Shown piece by piece: positions 1-13,320 of a stretch of 64,000 bases of DNA. The notes under the pieces were generated by a model. It was given only the letters and a program-made list of their open reading frames with translations, did no database searches and had not been told where the DNA came from. Within the stretch, counting starts at the first letter, position 1. Every line of letters starts with the position of its first letter. The translations under genes and the position numbers were made by a program. Origin of the DNA: Monocercomonoides exilis PA203 (lineage: Eukaryota > Protista > Preaxostyla); assembly GCA_001643675.2 (NCBI GenBank), contig LSRY02000028.1:124001-188000 (forward strand), read 5' to 3'.

Positions 1-1143
1 ATTGCAATTCTAGTGTAGTGTCAATTACTCCAGATGAAAGTGCTTTTTTGTATACGCTCGCCAAAAGAAATGTTCCATGACCCTGTCGATGATACGGTTC
101 AAATATCAAAAATTGACTGTGTGTATTTATCATTTAAAAAAAAGAAAGAAATAAAACAGATTGCAAATCGAAAAATACGTCTAAATCTTCAAATTGTCTG
201 TTCAAATACTCCAAACCTAATGCGAAATCTGTAATTGTCAGGAAAGCGGAAGAATCGATACACTGTGGTATATCCAACAATAGAGTAATGAGTAATTTCC
301 CTTCTTGTTGTTTTTTGAAATCTTTGTAAAATAAAAACAATAAAAACAAATATTTATTTTTACAAAAATTTAGGGACAAACATTATGAAAATCTCCCATT
401 GCGTATCAGGTGTGCTTGTATCTTTTTCCACTGAATCACGAGAACATGGATCTATAAATGATGCTGTGTCAATAAAGAAAAACGGCATTATCTGAAGCTG
501 ATGATGATATAGACGCATTCTGTGATTCGCTAATGATTCCTTAAATAATATGTAACAAAAACATATTGAAAGTATTTAAAAAATTATTTCAAACATGATA
601 TATTTCATAAACAACAGTTGTATCTTCAGATGAAGAAGAAATAGGAGATCGATTTCCAGCGAATGACATAGGAGGATTATATTGAAGAACAAGATTGCCA
701 GGAGGAGTCCATCCCCGGGGAGTGTCTTTAAAAGGCGCAAAAGTGCAGGGTGATAAGCTAGATATTATTGTATCAACAGGGTCGATTGACTTTACAAAAT
801 TGAAGATTCAACAAGAAAAAAATTGAGAATAAAAATAAAAATTATCAAAACTGATTCAGATGCTGGTTTTGTAATCCCTTCAATCATTGTTTCAAAAGTA
901 TCATCCTTTATATGAATAACAATTTCACTTGAATTAACATCATTGATTGTTTCATTGTCACCAAAAAAATAATGAGTATATGTTGGATGAAATGATGGTG
1001 TTTGAGGACCTATTCCAGATGTATTATCTGAAAAGCATATTGAGGATGTTGAAAATTTAAATTAAAGTACGTAGGTTCACTTTATGAAAAAATATCAAAC
1101 GGAAAACAAAGGAAATCGCTTGTTTAGCATCAACAGAAGTCAT
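1..1143 (-). CDS. HAT1: Histone acetyltransferase type B catalytic subunit, ~6 exons, runs off the window at the 3' end
   Basis: Hand-spliced minus strand from ATG at 1143 gives MTSVDAKQAISFVF..SFHPTYTHYFFGDNETI..WTPPGNLVLQY..YHHQLQIMPFFFIDTASFID..WEIF..IVGYTTVYRFF..RFRISQFLIFEPYHRQGHGTFLL. This matches HAT1 motifs (F.PEYTHQ.FGD.E, FIE.ASFID, GNAT motif A SQ.LI..P.Q..GHG). Missed by the ORF track because exons are short. Confidence 0.9.
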
Positions 1144-1414
1144 TTTGATTTGTTATGGATTTTTGATCATTTTTTGTTCCTTTTTGAAATATTAATATTT
1201 TTTCACCCATGCTTTTCTCTCTTTTAAAATTAAGTGAAATAATTGAAAAAGGCTTTGATTTGTGAATCAATTTCAAAAAAAATTATTCTCATTCATTCAC
1301 ATAAGCTTTTATTTATTTATAATAACTTTGGAATAAACAGACTTCATAACCTTTTCTTCACAAAGGAGTTTAACATGGAATGCGAGTATTCATCCACTTT
1401 ATTTTTTGAATTTT

Positions 1415-3005
1415 ATCTGAGACATCTTCCTCAAGTTGCACATTGCCTTTTTATCTTCTGTCTTTTCTTTTATCAAATTCTCCTTCATTTTTCTATCAAT
1501 ACTTCTTCCTCACCCCACATTTCCTTGCACTCTTTTTTATTCAATGCACAGATCTTCCTTCTTTCAAACTTCATTTTAACTTTTTCTGAATCCACTTAAA
1601 GAAACTTTTGTCAACCTTTTAGAATTCTCATGAAGTTATCTTTGCAATGTCATCACAAATTGAAGGAGCAACAAGCTTGCATTGTTGATCTGTTCCGAAT
1701 TATAACAATAACTAAATGTTTGAAATAATTATGAAACGATAAGCAATTGACATAAAAAAAAATCATTTATTAAATGCAAACATCAGTTGTTTCAGATGAA
1801 GCATGTATTCCTTAACATGTCTGCCTGATTGCTTAATCACTTTTGCGATCATCACAAGCGAATGGAAAACTTTTTCAGAAAAGAATGTTACAGCATATCC
1901 GGTTCTTCTTCTTTTGACACTTTCTTTTGTGCTTATCAAAAAAGATAGACAGATAGAGAAGCGCTTCGTATGAAAATTGTTCTGATATATATATATCTAA
2001 CCCTTGAACGAACTGTCACATAAATTGTTTATCTCATCAAGTAATGCGTAGTCTAATGCTGAAAAGACATTGTTATCTTGATGTACCTGCTGGAGCACTG
2101 AGTGAAGAGAACGCACTACAACATTCGCTCCTTTTAGCATTGTGAACAATTCATTGCTGATCGAAGAAGAAGAACTTGCGGAGAAGAAGATGTTCTTTCT
2201 ATGCTCTGAGTTTTGGTTTTAGGTTGAGATACTTTAATATTCAGTCTAATTTTAATTGTTCAATAATTGTTCTTTGAATTGTTAAGAAGAATTCTAATAA
2301 ATATACCCTCGAGACAGTTAGTCTGCAGTCTCTAGAACTTGTCTTTCAATTTCTCTTGTTGGAGAAATAATTACAGCTCGTAATGGATGAATATTAAGTT
2401 CTTTCTCAGTTTTTTTCTGTGTTCTCATTTCTATGATTGATGAAATAATACGAAGAAGATAGGCAGCTGTCTTTCCCGAACCAGTCGGAGCAACTGCAAT
2501 CAAATTTTTTTCCTATAAATTATGATTATAAATGAAAAAAATAAAAAAATGATAGAGAGTACATACAGTCATTAGAACAGATATCCCTTGCATTTGAATT
2601 AGCGTTGGAGTTTCAAATCGATTAACTGCTAATATCCCCGAAAGAAAAGCAGGAAAAACTCTATCATCAATCAATTACATCATGGATACAAAAAACCATC
2701 CGTTCATTCTTTTCAAACATTCGTATGGGAGTTGGAATAGATGAACCATCAACATGAATTTTCTGATCGTTTCTCAGACTTCGAATCTTAAATGAATAAA
2801 AAATCATACACAATAAAGTGAAGAAAAAAACAATATACCACTGAAGATGAAAGAGCTGGTAAACGTTGAAAAAATGGCAAAAGTTTTTGAGGTGCAGGTT
2901 CTTCAACTTTCGAATCAGCTTTGGGAGAAAATATATCATCATCAATCCAATTAGATTGTTTTTTCTGTTGCAATGGAATGAATTGAGGAAATTTCTGTTC
3001 GTCAT
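1415..3005 (-). pseudogene. Degenerate DEAD-box RNA helicase, ROK1/DDX52-like
   Basis: Retains IHVDGSSIPTPI, Q-motif FETPTLIQMQGISVL, motif I APTGSGKT, motif Ia IISPTREI, and a ROK1-type C-terminus TGYAVTFFSEK..IAKVIKQSGRHVKEYM (~1790-1905). In-frame TAA at 2318-2320, frameshifts, DEAD decayed to DEIN, and most of RecA domain 2 is absent. The lower boundary is approximate. Confidence 0.75.
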
Positions 3006-3314
3006 CTGTTTTTGATTGCTATTTTGAAAAAACAAAAAAGCAGCACAAATAGAATTTTAAAAATTTTAACATTCAAGTGTTGTATGCATACAAATAAGAC
3101 ATGAAAAACTACATCTTTTTTATGCGTATGTAATGAGCCATAAGTAAGTTATTTCAAAATAATAATTCTATCCACTTTATAATGCAAATAAATATTCTTT
3201 TGATCGATATATTTTTGTTCAATCATTTTTATTCCATATTAAATGTATATAATTTTTTTAATTTCTTTCCGAAAGCATTTTAGAATTAATTTTCTTCCCA
3301 TCTTTCGTAATTGA

Positions 3315-6300
3315 ATGTTTGGTTCAAAATTTGTAGGGGATCCAATTTGTTCTGACGAAGGAACGGGTGGTGGAGGCCAGTTTAGCTATCCTCCAAAAAA
3401 TGTTCCTCGTCGATTATTCAATCCTTCGCTTTCACCATCACCTGAGCGCCTTCCAGCAAAAGCAAAATCATATGGTCCAACTACCCCACTTCCAGTCAGC
3501 AAGACTTCGACAAAAATTCTGCAGCGAGTATTGATGGAAACTAGAAGTGCTACGCACGTTCCTCTAGTTGGTTTGTGCTTCATTGAACATGGAAAAAAAT
3601 GATTTTATTTTTAAATTACATTTCATTTATTTTTCCTTTTAATATGTCTGATTTCAGGACCTGGAGCATTGAGTGGAGCTGCAATACAGGGGTCTCCGAA
3701 AAAAGAAAACCTAACATTTATCACACCTTCTTCAAAGCCGACAAAGCGAAATTTACAAGAAGAGCAAAATAATGATGAAGAAGGGGACGGGCAAGAGTTT
3801 CAAGGATTTGATGGAGGTAACACTGGAAGATCTTCTATTGGATCTTTTGTTTCGACCACATCTAGCTTTGTGCATCCAAAATCTGCATCTTCAATCTCAG
3901 AAAAGATTGCATTTTATTTGTCACTTTTGACTCATAAACGAGAGGAAATTCGCTACGGCTCATTACGTGCATTATGTAGATTATCGCCTCTAAGTGTTGC
4001 TTTGTATGAAGAAGGCGATGAAGATCTTGAGCTCGAAAAAAGAAATGATAAAAAAGTGGAAAATGATGATACAGATGAAAATGCTGATGAAAACAAAGTA
4101 CGAGAATCAACACAAAGACGAATCTCAAACGATGAAAATAAGAAAAAAAAGAGGAAAAAGCGTAAGATTGGAGGAGGAGTTGTGAATGCCGTTCATTCAC
4201 TGTTGGAATCATATGAAACAGAGTCTGCTCGCGTCATTGGAATTGGTCTATATCTTTTGGGCCAATTACGAAGTTTCTCTCTTCCCACTCTTCCTCTTCT
4301 AACACGAATGCTGCACTCTCCTCGAACAGGAGCGCTGCGAGGGCTGTGCGTGGATGTGATGATTGCAATGGGATGCTATGGAATTGAAACATTGGCAGCG
4401 GCTGTGGCTGAAGGCAGAGATGCGGATTTAGAGTCGTTTGTGCTGACGCACATGGCCAATCACACAGAGATCCAGAGGACTGTCGTTCTGCCAGCAGTTA
4501 TTGAGGAGCTGCGGGGAGGAAACTACGAGACGAAGAACGGAGTGATTGAGGTTGTGGAAGGGATGGGCGAAGGAGTCTGGCGCGAGATGGTTGGAGAGCT
4601 GCAGACATGCCTCATACTCGGCGCGGCTGACCGGCTGCGCCTCGGCCTTACCCTCCGCAAAGTCGGCGAGGAAGGCGAGCGGGCGCTGATTGAGATTCTG
4701 GAGTCAGACCACCACTCCCGTGTGAAGGCAGCTGCTGCACGTGCACTGGGCTTTCTGCCGAAAAACGGGAGAGACAGCGCTATAAGAGCAGAAGAAGACA
4801 TCGACGTGGAAGAGTTCGACTCTTCAGCGTTTGCCTCAACGCCATTCACCGCAGAGATAACAGAAGAGACGTGGGCTGAGCGAACGCACCCGACTTTGAC
4901 AGCTCGCAACTACCAGAACAGCCGGACTTCGCGATTCAACAAGCCAAAGGTCAAGTTCTATGTGGATGTGACGGACATCAAGCGGTTCAGCGACCCACCT
5001 CAGATGGTGGCGACGAAGCAGAAGAGGAAAGGGGCAGACGGGAAAGAGGTGGAGGAGCTGGGGATGATCATTGACCCGCGCGAGTTTTTGACACTTTTGC
5101 GGCAGTCGATTTTGGAAGGTGCGTTTGACAAGCATCCGCAACCAGCTGAGTGGGAATATGAGGATGATGAAGAGGAAGAGGAAGAAGAGGAAGAAAGAGG
5201 TAAAACAGATGAGAAGAGCAGCAACGATGGCTCAGATGAAGAAGAAGGAAAAAGTGTCAATGAAAAGAGGCACAAAAGGCGAACAAAGTCGATTTCGCAT
5301 TCACCTCCCTCATTTCACAATCTCCGAACACCTTCTCCAATCCGATTTCCGCAGCGGCCTTCAAATGGCTCTTCTGCTTCATCATCATCATCTTCTTCTT
5401 TAACTTCATCATTTGCTTCAACATTGCACAAACCATCTGCTCATCCTCTGACAACTCCAACACCTGTTCGATCGACTACTCGTCCCCAAAGCAGAAGAGA
5501 GAAAGAGCAGAAGAAGAATCACTCAGAAGAAGAGGAAGAGAATTCGCTGAGCGATTCAGGCGAGTTCGACATGACAAATCCATTTGCCTCATCATCATCA
5601 TCTTCCTCCTCATCTTCTTCTTCCCTTCCCACAACAACTGCCTCTCTCCCTGAGCCAGCCTCCCTCGCTGTCATCCGAACACTTACCCGCTGTCTGTCTC
5701 CTCAATCTCCCAGTCTCGTCAGAGCATCAGCATGTCTGGCACTGGGCGATCTAGGCTGCCGGTCAGCGTGGATGTGTGTGGGTGCACTGCTTTCTGCGCT
5801 GAATGACGAAAAGGACGCCAAAGTGAGAGAAGCTGCGGCGCGTGCGCTGGGCTCGTTTGGCGGTGTGGATGTGATTGCAGTTGATGAGCGGATGAAGAAA
5901 GAGGCGCTGAAAGGATGGACGGAGAAGAAAGAGGCGAAGAGGCCGTTTGTGCTGACTGTGAGGAGAAACGGGATTGTTGCCGATCCGTCGAAGAGCAGAG
6001 TGCGCCCAAGTTCTGGAAGCTTTGATTCAACATCAGCATTTCCTTCGTCTGGCACATTTGCACCTACTGCAGCATCAGTGTCTGCATCGTCTTCTTCTTC
6101 AGCCTTCTCGTCGCAGCCTTTGCTCTCTATTATCACCAACCAGCTGATCCGCAGTCTGAAGGACTCCTTCTGGAAAGTGCGCTTCTGTTCTGTTGAGTCC
6201 CTCGGCCGTCTGTCGCGCACATGCGATTTTCATCCCGATCAGTTTGGCCATCTCTCAACGATCGATCTGGTAGAGAGAGGGAAGTTCCCCACCCTCACTG

Positions 6301-8171
6301 CAGCGGCTTCTGTGCTCCTTGTCTACTCACCATTCTTCCCAGAGCCACTGCCGTTGGCTGAAAGTGAAGAAGACTTCGAATCAGAAGATGATGAAAGCGA
6401 AGATGAGACGGCAAGACGCAGACGAAGAAGCCGCTCGAGAGAGCAGATGCTCCGAAGTCAGTTCCTCGTTGATCGGCGTCTGCCAGCTGCACAAGCGTTG
6501 CAATGTGCCATTGAGCCGCTTGTGCAGCAGCTTCGCGAGGGGACAGCCAGCCGCAATCACATCGCAGCCACGCTCGGCTGCATGTCACAGGCTGGGCAGA
6601 GGAGACTGGTGCAGCTTGGTTTGTCTCTTTCTTCATTGCCTTCGTCGCAGCTGCGGACGGCTGTGGTGTTTGGGCTGAGCAGAGTGGACATCAACACAAC
6701 AGAGTCGAGCGAGGCGGTTGTGTCTGCTGTGCACGGCGCATGCCACGACCCGATGCCGCTTGTCAGGCGAGCAGCTGTGAAAGGACTGGGGGTGATGCTC
6801 AGACGAGTCACGAAAGCAGCCAGCGAAAGCGCATTTGAAGACAGCGAAGAGGAAGAGGATGCGTTTAAAGGCGACGAAGATGATGAGGATGATGAGGACG
6901 ATTACATCGCTAGAGCTGAAAGAGGAACGCCAATCAGAAGCAGCACAGCTCGCGGCCGCCGAAGACGTTCAATGCCAACAAAGCAGCTTCTTGGCGGAGT
7001 GAGTCGAGTGGCGATTCTTCCTCAGTTCCAGATGAAGAACTTCCTGCCAACAATCTACCCATTCATGCGTGACAAAGACCGGATGGTGAGAGAGCGAGCA
7101 GCGAGGGTGCTGGCGCAGTGTGGGGCAGAAGGCGAGCTGCTGCTTGTGGAAGGGCTGCTGCGCGACTCGTCTGGATTGATCCGCTCGGCAGCGGCGACTG
7201 GACTGGAGTATGTGGGAGTGAAGACAGTCAGAGCAATCATGTTGGGGCTGTGTGACACAGACGCGAATGTGAGGAAGAGCTGTGGGCATGCGGTGCTTGC
7301 GTTTGGGGAGAAGAGCATTGTTCAGGAGATATCAGGGGGAATTGGGCAGAGAGTGGGGACGATTGTGGCGCTGAAGGAAGCGCTTTCTGAACCGAAAAAG
7401 CTGCAATTTGAGGTTGTTGATGTGCTTCGTAAGATACTCGCAAAGATGGAAGAGATGACAGAACTGGAAGAGAAAGAGGAGGATCAAGAAGAAGGAGAAG
7501 GTGAAGGAGAAGGAGAAACAAGCTCACGTGACTCGCGTGCTAACAGCGAAACAGAAGAAAAAGGAAGATCGACATTCAAAAAGTACGGATTAAACAGATG
7601 GGAAAGCACTGGCAAATCTCGTTTCTATCAAGACAATAATGAGAAGAAGAAAAAGATTGAAAAAGAAGAAGACGACGAAGAAGAGGAAGATGAGGAAGAG
7701 GAAGAGGAAGAAGGAAATGAAGAATCTGATGAAAAAGAAAGCAACAGATGGAAATCCAAGCCACAATCGAGATGGCAATATTCGACTCCGAAATCTTCAT
7801 CTGACAGACGCTACACAGCAAAAACAGCAAGTTCCAATGAAAGTGCTGAAACTGAAACTGAAACAGAAGCAGAAACTGATATTGACACTGATGCAGAATC
7901 TGCTACGGAAAAAGAAAGAAGGAATGAAGAGGAAGAGGAAGAGGAGGATGAAGAGGAGGAAAGAGAAGGAGAAGAAGAAGAAAATTATGAGGAGATGGAA
8001 ACAGATCACGATAACGATGAAGGAGACGAAAGAAAGCGGGCAAACGCAAAAGGATATCGACAAAATGCAGAAAGAGATGACGATGAAGATGATACAAACG
8101 AAGAATATGGAAGGGATCCAAAAGAAATATATGCTGATGATGAGTCACATGACGAAATGGAGGATCGATGA
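3315..8171 (+). CDS. HEAT/PBS-lyase-like repeat protein with acidic and Ser-rich inserts (exon 1 3315-3570, intron 3571-3657, exon 2 3658-8171)
   Basis: 1500-aa ORF with recurrent HEAT units (DHHSRVKAAAARALG, DAKVREAAARALG, DSFWKVRFCSVESLG, DPMPLVRRAAVKGLG, DTDANVRKSCGHAV). A phase-1 GT..AG intron joins ORF 3315 in frame. Confidence 0.85.
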
Positions 8172-8567
8172 GTGAGTGTAATTAAATACAGCTTTTTTTT
8201 TTTTTTAAACTTTCAACTTTATCTCCACGTCGGCTCATTTCATTGTTTATTTTTATTGTCATTATGAAATTAAAAATCTCTAAATTACGAAATGAAGGGT
8301 TTTAACATTTATTATTTTTTAAAAAATAGCTTTAAAAAATGAATAGCACATTTTTTTTTTGATCCATAGATTAATGAGTTTAAGTTGTTTTTATCATGCG
8401 TTTCAGACAATAAAAAATCTTCAATCAACAAAGAACAAAAACTTTAATATTTTAGTCCTTCATTTTCGAAAGAATAACCTTAATTATTTTTGTTCAAATA
8501 TCAACAATTATAAGCATTTATGGTTTAAAACCTTATTCTTTAAATTGTGATTTATTGTTGTTATTTA

Positions 8568-11500
8568 ATGCGTTCAACATTGAAGTTTTTGATGTTCTTT
8601 TTGCTGTCTTGCTGCACAGTTGAGTAGCGGAATTCTGATATCCTTTTGAAAGAGAATTTCAAAAGTTGGAATGTTTCAGAAGCTGACATTATATATGTTT
8701 CTGATCATGGAGATGACGATGTGCAAAAATGTGGAACAGAAGCGGAACCGTGCAAAACCATTGCAAGGGGAATCGAGCGGCTCGGTGAAAGTGCCGACCC
8801 AAAAACTCTGAAAATTATTGATTCAGCAGCAATGTCGTTTGGGTTTGTGTTCACAAAGGACTTTAATTTAATCATGACAACGTTAGCAGAAGAGGATGAG
8901 AGGAGTATGCTCACATTTGACTTGAAAGAGCTGACTGTTAAAGGGAGATTTCATATGGCAAACGAGAAAATATTGAAATTAAAGCGTCTTGCATTCGATT
9001 TTCAACCATTCAAAACAGAGGAACAATCAAATCTGGCAAATAAAGAATCTTCAGTTATTCTTTCAAGGGGCATCAATGGAGATCTGGATATCAGCGATTG
9101 TGAAATAAAAATAGCAAAATGGATAAATGAATATGCCCATTTCTCAATTTTGAGTGTTACTGGAGGAAAAGTTTCGATTGACAAATTGTTGTGGAATTCG
9201 GTGCGTGATTTCTTTTTTTCTGAGGTTGCGGTGTTACATATTTCTGAGGGTGTCACCATTCAGAAGCTGAACGATATTCACATTCGGAAAGTGAAATTGA
9301 ATAATGCATGTGCTTTTGAACTTCCAAATTCATTTACGCTAGAGGGGAGCAATATATTCACTGCGGAACGAAATACTGAGGGTCCTGCTTTATTGGAAGC
9401 TAAAAGCGGGGAGTATGAGAAGGCATTACTTTCAATTTTAAAATGTGTGTTTTCTGGTGTTGCCTCTCCGAAGTCAACAGCAGGAGGATCGTTTTTCTTT
9501 GAGATGTTACATCCTGAAAGTGAGCTGCACATCACAGATACAACATTTAACAATGGAAAGGCGATTCAAGGAGGAGGAGTGATGATTGGAGCAGTAAAGG
9601 GAAAAGTTATATTAGAAAAGGTGAAATTCCAAAAGTGCATTGCAGAAGAAAACGGAGGAGGATTGGAGATACTTGACTTGACTAAGATGAATGAGTTTAA
9701 CTGCATAAACGGAGAATTTAGAGATTGTGGAGCTCGTTTTGGCAGTGGCGTAGTTGTTGGCTTGGCAGGAAACGAATTGAAAAGCGAGAAAATTTTGTTT
9801 CAGGGGTGCTTCTTTGAAAGAAATTTGGAGAATGACAATGGAGTTGACCTTTCAATACTCTGTGATGGAGATGCTGAAATAAAAAAATCTCCTTTTGATG
9901 ACAAATGCTTCAGTACGACGGAAAAGGGAAGAGTTTGTATTATCAAAAATGATGGGATAAAGATTTTTCGTGAAGATTGGCTGCATGTCGTCTATTTGGA
10001 AGTATATGTGGACGGAGCTCAAGGAAGTGACGAAGAAGAATGCGGAAAGCCAAAAAAGCCTCCATGCAAAACAATTAAAAAGGCTGTTGAAAAATGCAAC
10101 CTTGATAAATCCTACACTATTTTCATATCCGAAGAAAGCAACAAATACGATGCAGAGCCAATTGTAATTGAAAGAAATCGAATTGACGTCAAAAATAAAG
10201 AAGAACATATTGTAAGCATCACAACTGCATTGGATGAGGGAAAGGTTACGCAAGGCGATGCGCTTTTTAATTTGAAGAAAAAGGGTGAACTTCATTTGAG
10301 CAAAGCAGACATCAAAGTTGACACAACAAGAGCAAGCGGTCAAAACAATGGGCTCTTTTCCGAAGAAGGAGAAGGAACTTATTTTATTTTGGATGATACC
10401 AATATCACCTCAACAGATTCTGGGCAAGCGTTGAATTGCGTCTTGATTGAGAGCAACTCCGGAGCATTTTATCTGTATAACGTTCAAATCACACATTTTT
10501 CATCTTTTTATGCATTGCTGCTTGCAAAAGCTTCAGGTGCTATAGTTATCGGCGAATGCACATTGGACACAGTCACTACAACAAGCACGACACAATCTGT
10601 TATTACAATTCTTAGTGAGTGTAAAGGAGCAAAATTTATCAATGCAACTTTACTAATTGCCAGTCAAAGGGACATCAGCTAGGAGGAGCTTTATACATTG
10701 AAATTGGGGAAAGCAATAACAATTATTTATTCAGTCAAATAAGTTTCGAAAAGTGTTCATGCAAAAGTGCAGCAGGAATGTTAGAGGAGCAATTCGTTAG
10801 GCTAAATGAAGAATCCAAAGGAGGTGCATTGTACATTAGAGGAACCGATGATGCATTTGATTCACTGAAAATATCTGTTGAAGATGTGACGTTCTCTGAT
10901 TGCGAAGCTGACAAAGGAACATTTGTTTATTTATCGTTGCCAAAAGGAAGAGAGCAGATCAACGAAGAGCAATTTTTATTTGAGATGGAGGGAATTTATG
11001 GGAAGCAGAATTTCATGTTGCTGGAAGCGAGGAAAGAAGGGAGAATGATTGACCTTATGGAGGACAAAGAGAACATATTACCGTATCATTCAGAAAACAT
11101 CTACGTTGGAGGCGAAGAAGCAAGCGAGAAAAAGACATGTGGGCGAAAAGAAGAGCCGTGCAAGCTGTTAAGCACAGGGATAAAGCATGGCTTGAGCAAA
11201 GTTAGCCTGACAATGGCGATCAGAGGAGCGATAAATATTGATGAACCTGTTTTGCTCAAACAAGACGCATCTTTTGCGTCAGATTTGGATTCTTGTTCAG
11301 GATTCTGCTCAGCAGAGCCAAATCGAGGAACGCTAAGAATTGGAGCAAAAATGAAAGCCGGTGAATCCACTGCAGTGTTTGACACAAAATTAAAATTGTT
11401 GCTTTTTGAAAGAATCGACATCGAGTATCCAGATTCTGTCGAAGGAGATCCAATTGATTTAATCAATGTTCAACGCCACTTAGATATTTATGATGTTATA

Positions 11501-12628
11501 TTTAGGCCTTGGCATGCAGAGCTGAAAGAGGAAACGATACTTGGAGAAGAAGAAAAAGTACTTCCTTATAAACTTATAGTCGTTGAAGGGGGAACACTTA
11601 CTGCTTCACAATTAATTATTTACGGAAGAAACGGAAATATGAGTGGGAAAGCTCAACTTCGCAACAACGAAAACAAAATAAATTACAACTTCTTTAACCT
11701 GAATGAATTGGGACAGAAACCCAGAAAAGAGAATGGAAAAATTAGAGAGGACAATCCATTCTGCTCATGGGATAATGGACTTGTATTTCTGCGCAATTCT
11801 TATGTTTCTTACATAAACGACAGCTCGTTTTTTGACATCAGCGATGGAGCAATTCTTGCAAGCTCCACTGCACTGAAAATAAACAACTGCACCTTTTTAA
11901 ACAATCATCCGATTGGGATTGACTGGAAGAAATTTCCTTCCTTGCGACACAACATTCGTCAACATGGAAAAAAGCTCTCTGATTATGTTAATGTGAATTC
12001 TTTGGCATCTGGAAGCGATGGATTGAAAGGGAAGCCGTTTGGAATGCTATCTGATATAAAAGCATCTGGAAAAGCAGCCGACAAAATGGATTCGTATTTC
12101 TTTGCGCCTGTTTTGAAGAATGTGACTTTTGCAAAAAATGACACAAGCAACGCGAATGAGATCCAAGACGAAGAAAGAGCTGAAAATGAAATAGAAGCAA
12201 TTGTTCAAGGAAGTTATTTGTTTCCTTGTGGACTGATATTTGAAGTTTCGAAAAATAAGAAAGGACAAGATATGAAATGGAACGATTGCACAATTTATGA
12301 ATATGCTAATGAGACGGAGATGAAAGTGAAGATTCCTCAAAAACTGATTGATGTGGATGAATACACTTCTGTTGTGTGCTCCTTGACTTATCCCGACGGA
12401 ACATCAAATGGATTAAAAAAACGTACAGAAAATGTGGTTTTAATAAAGCAGAAGAAAGTTGATCCAAAGGATTCTCCTAAGCCTCAAAAAACCGTAACAA
12501 TCATTCTAGTTAGCGTCTTTGTCTCTATTGCTGTCGTTGTTGTGGTTGTTGTTGTAATTGTGTATGTTGTGAGGAACAAAAAGCGTAGACAGTACGTACA
12601 AATTCAAGGTTCCACTGATAATAATTAA
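8568..12628 (+). pseudogene. Adhesin-like / beta-helix type I membrane surface protein, interrupted by an in-frame TAG (8625-8627) and a 1-nt frameshift (~10641)
   Basis: Signal-like MRSTLKFLMFFLLSCCTVE then TAG, in frame with ORF 8646. Three IYV....G.D...CG....PCKT repeats, plus GG(A/G)(L/V) and F..C repeats. The frame of ORF 10778 extends back to CNFTNCQSKGHQLGGALYI at ~10643. C-terminal TM helix and tail RNKKRRQYVQI. Confidence 0.8.
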
Positions 12629-13320
12629 AACTGTATAGAATGCTTGCAGGATAGTTTTGACGAAAAATGTGATTTTTCGAATTTATAATTATTTTATGCA
12701 TTCTGCCAACCCTTATTTCACATATATATTTTGCAAAATTGTTCTTTTTTGCAAATGAAAGATATCTCTATTGCTGTCTTTTTTTTCACTTTGTGATAAT
12801 ATGGAAATGGGGAGAGAATTTCATCTGTTTTAATAAAGAGTTTCATTTCGAATTTTGTAAAGATTTTCATTCAATTTTTGATTCGAATTCTGTATTTTTG
12901 AGATTATTTATTTATTTATTTATATTTATTTATTTATTTCATTATATGCATATTTTTAATTTTATTGAAAATGATCTTTGAGTTATTTTTTCACAATGGA
13001 AACTGTTCCTTTTTTAATCGAGTGCTTATTTTTACAATTAAGTTTTTATGTATTGCAAGTCTGTAATTTGACTTATTTTTATTGAAACTTTTGAGAAAAG
13101 AAATTTGAAGGGCAGTTTTTTGAAATCCAAATGCTTGCTTTCATTTGTTCATATTTTTTTAAAATTAATTGAACTCATCAAATAAAATAAAAAATACTTC
13201 TAAAAATCAGTCATAATTCACTTTGTTAATTTTTAATTTGAAACAAAATAATCTGTGAAAGAAGAAGAAAAAGAAAAAGAACATCAAATGCTAATCAAAC
13301 GTAATCCATATTTTTGTTTT

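Noticed and set aside
1243-1599. 118-aa plus-strand ORF, and similar F/L/I-rich ORFs at 12739, 18312 and 33813
   Set aside because: AT-rich chance ORFs or antisense to pseudogene tails; no coding signal.
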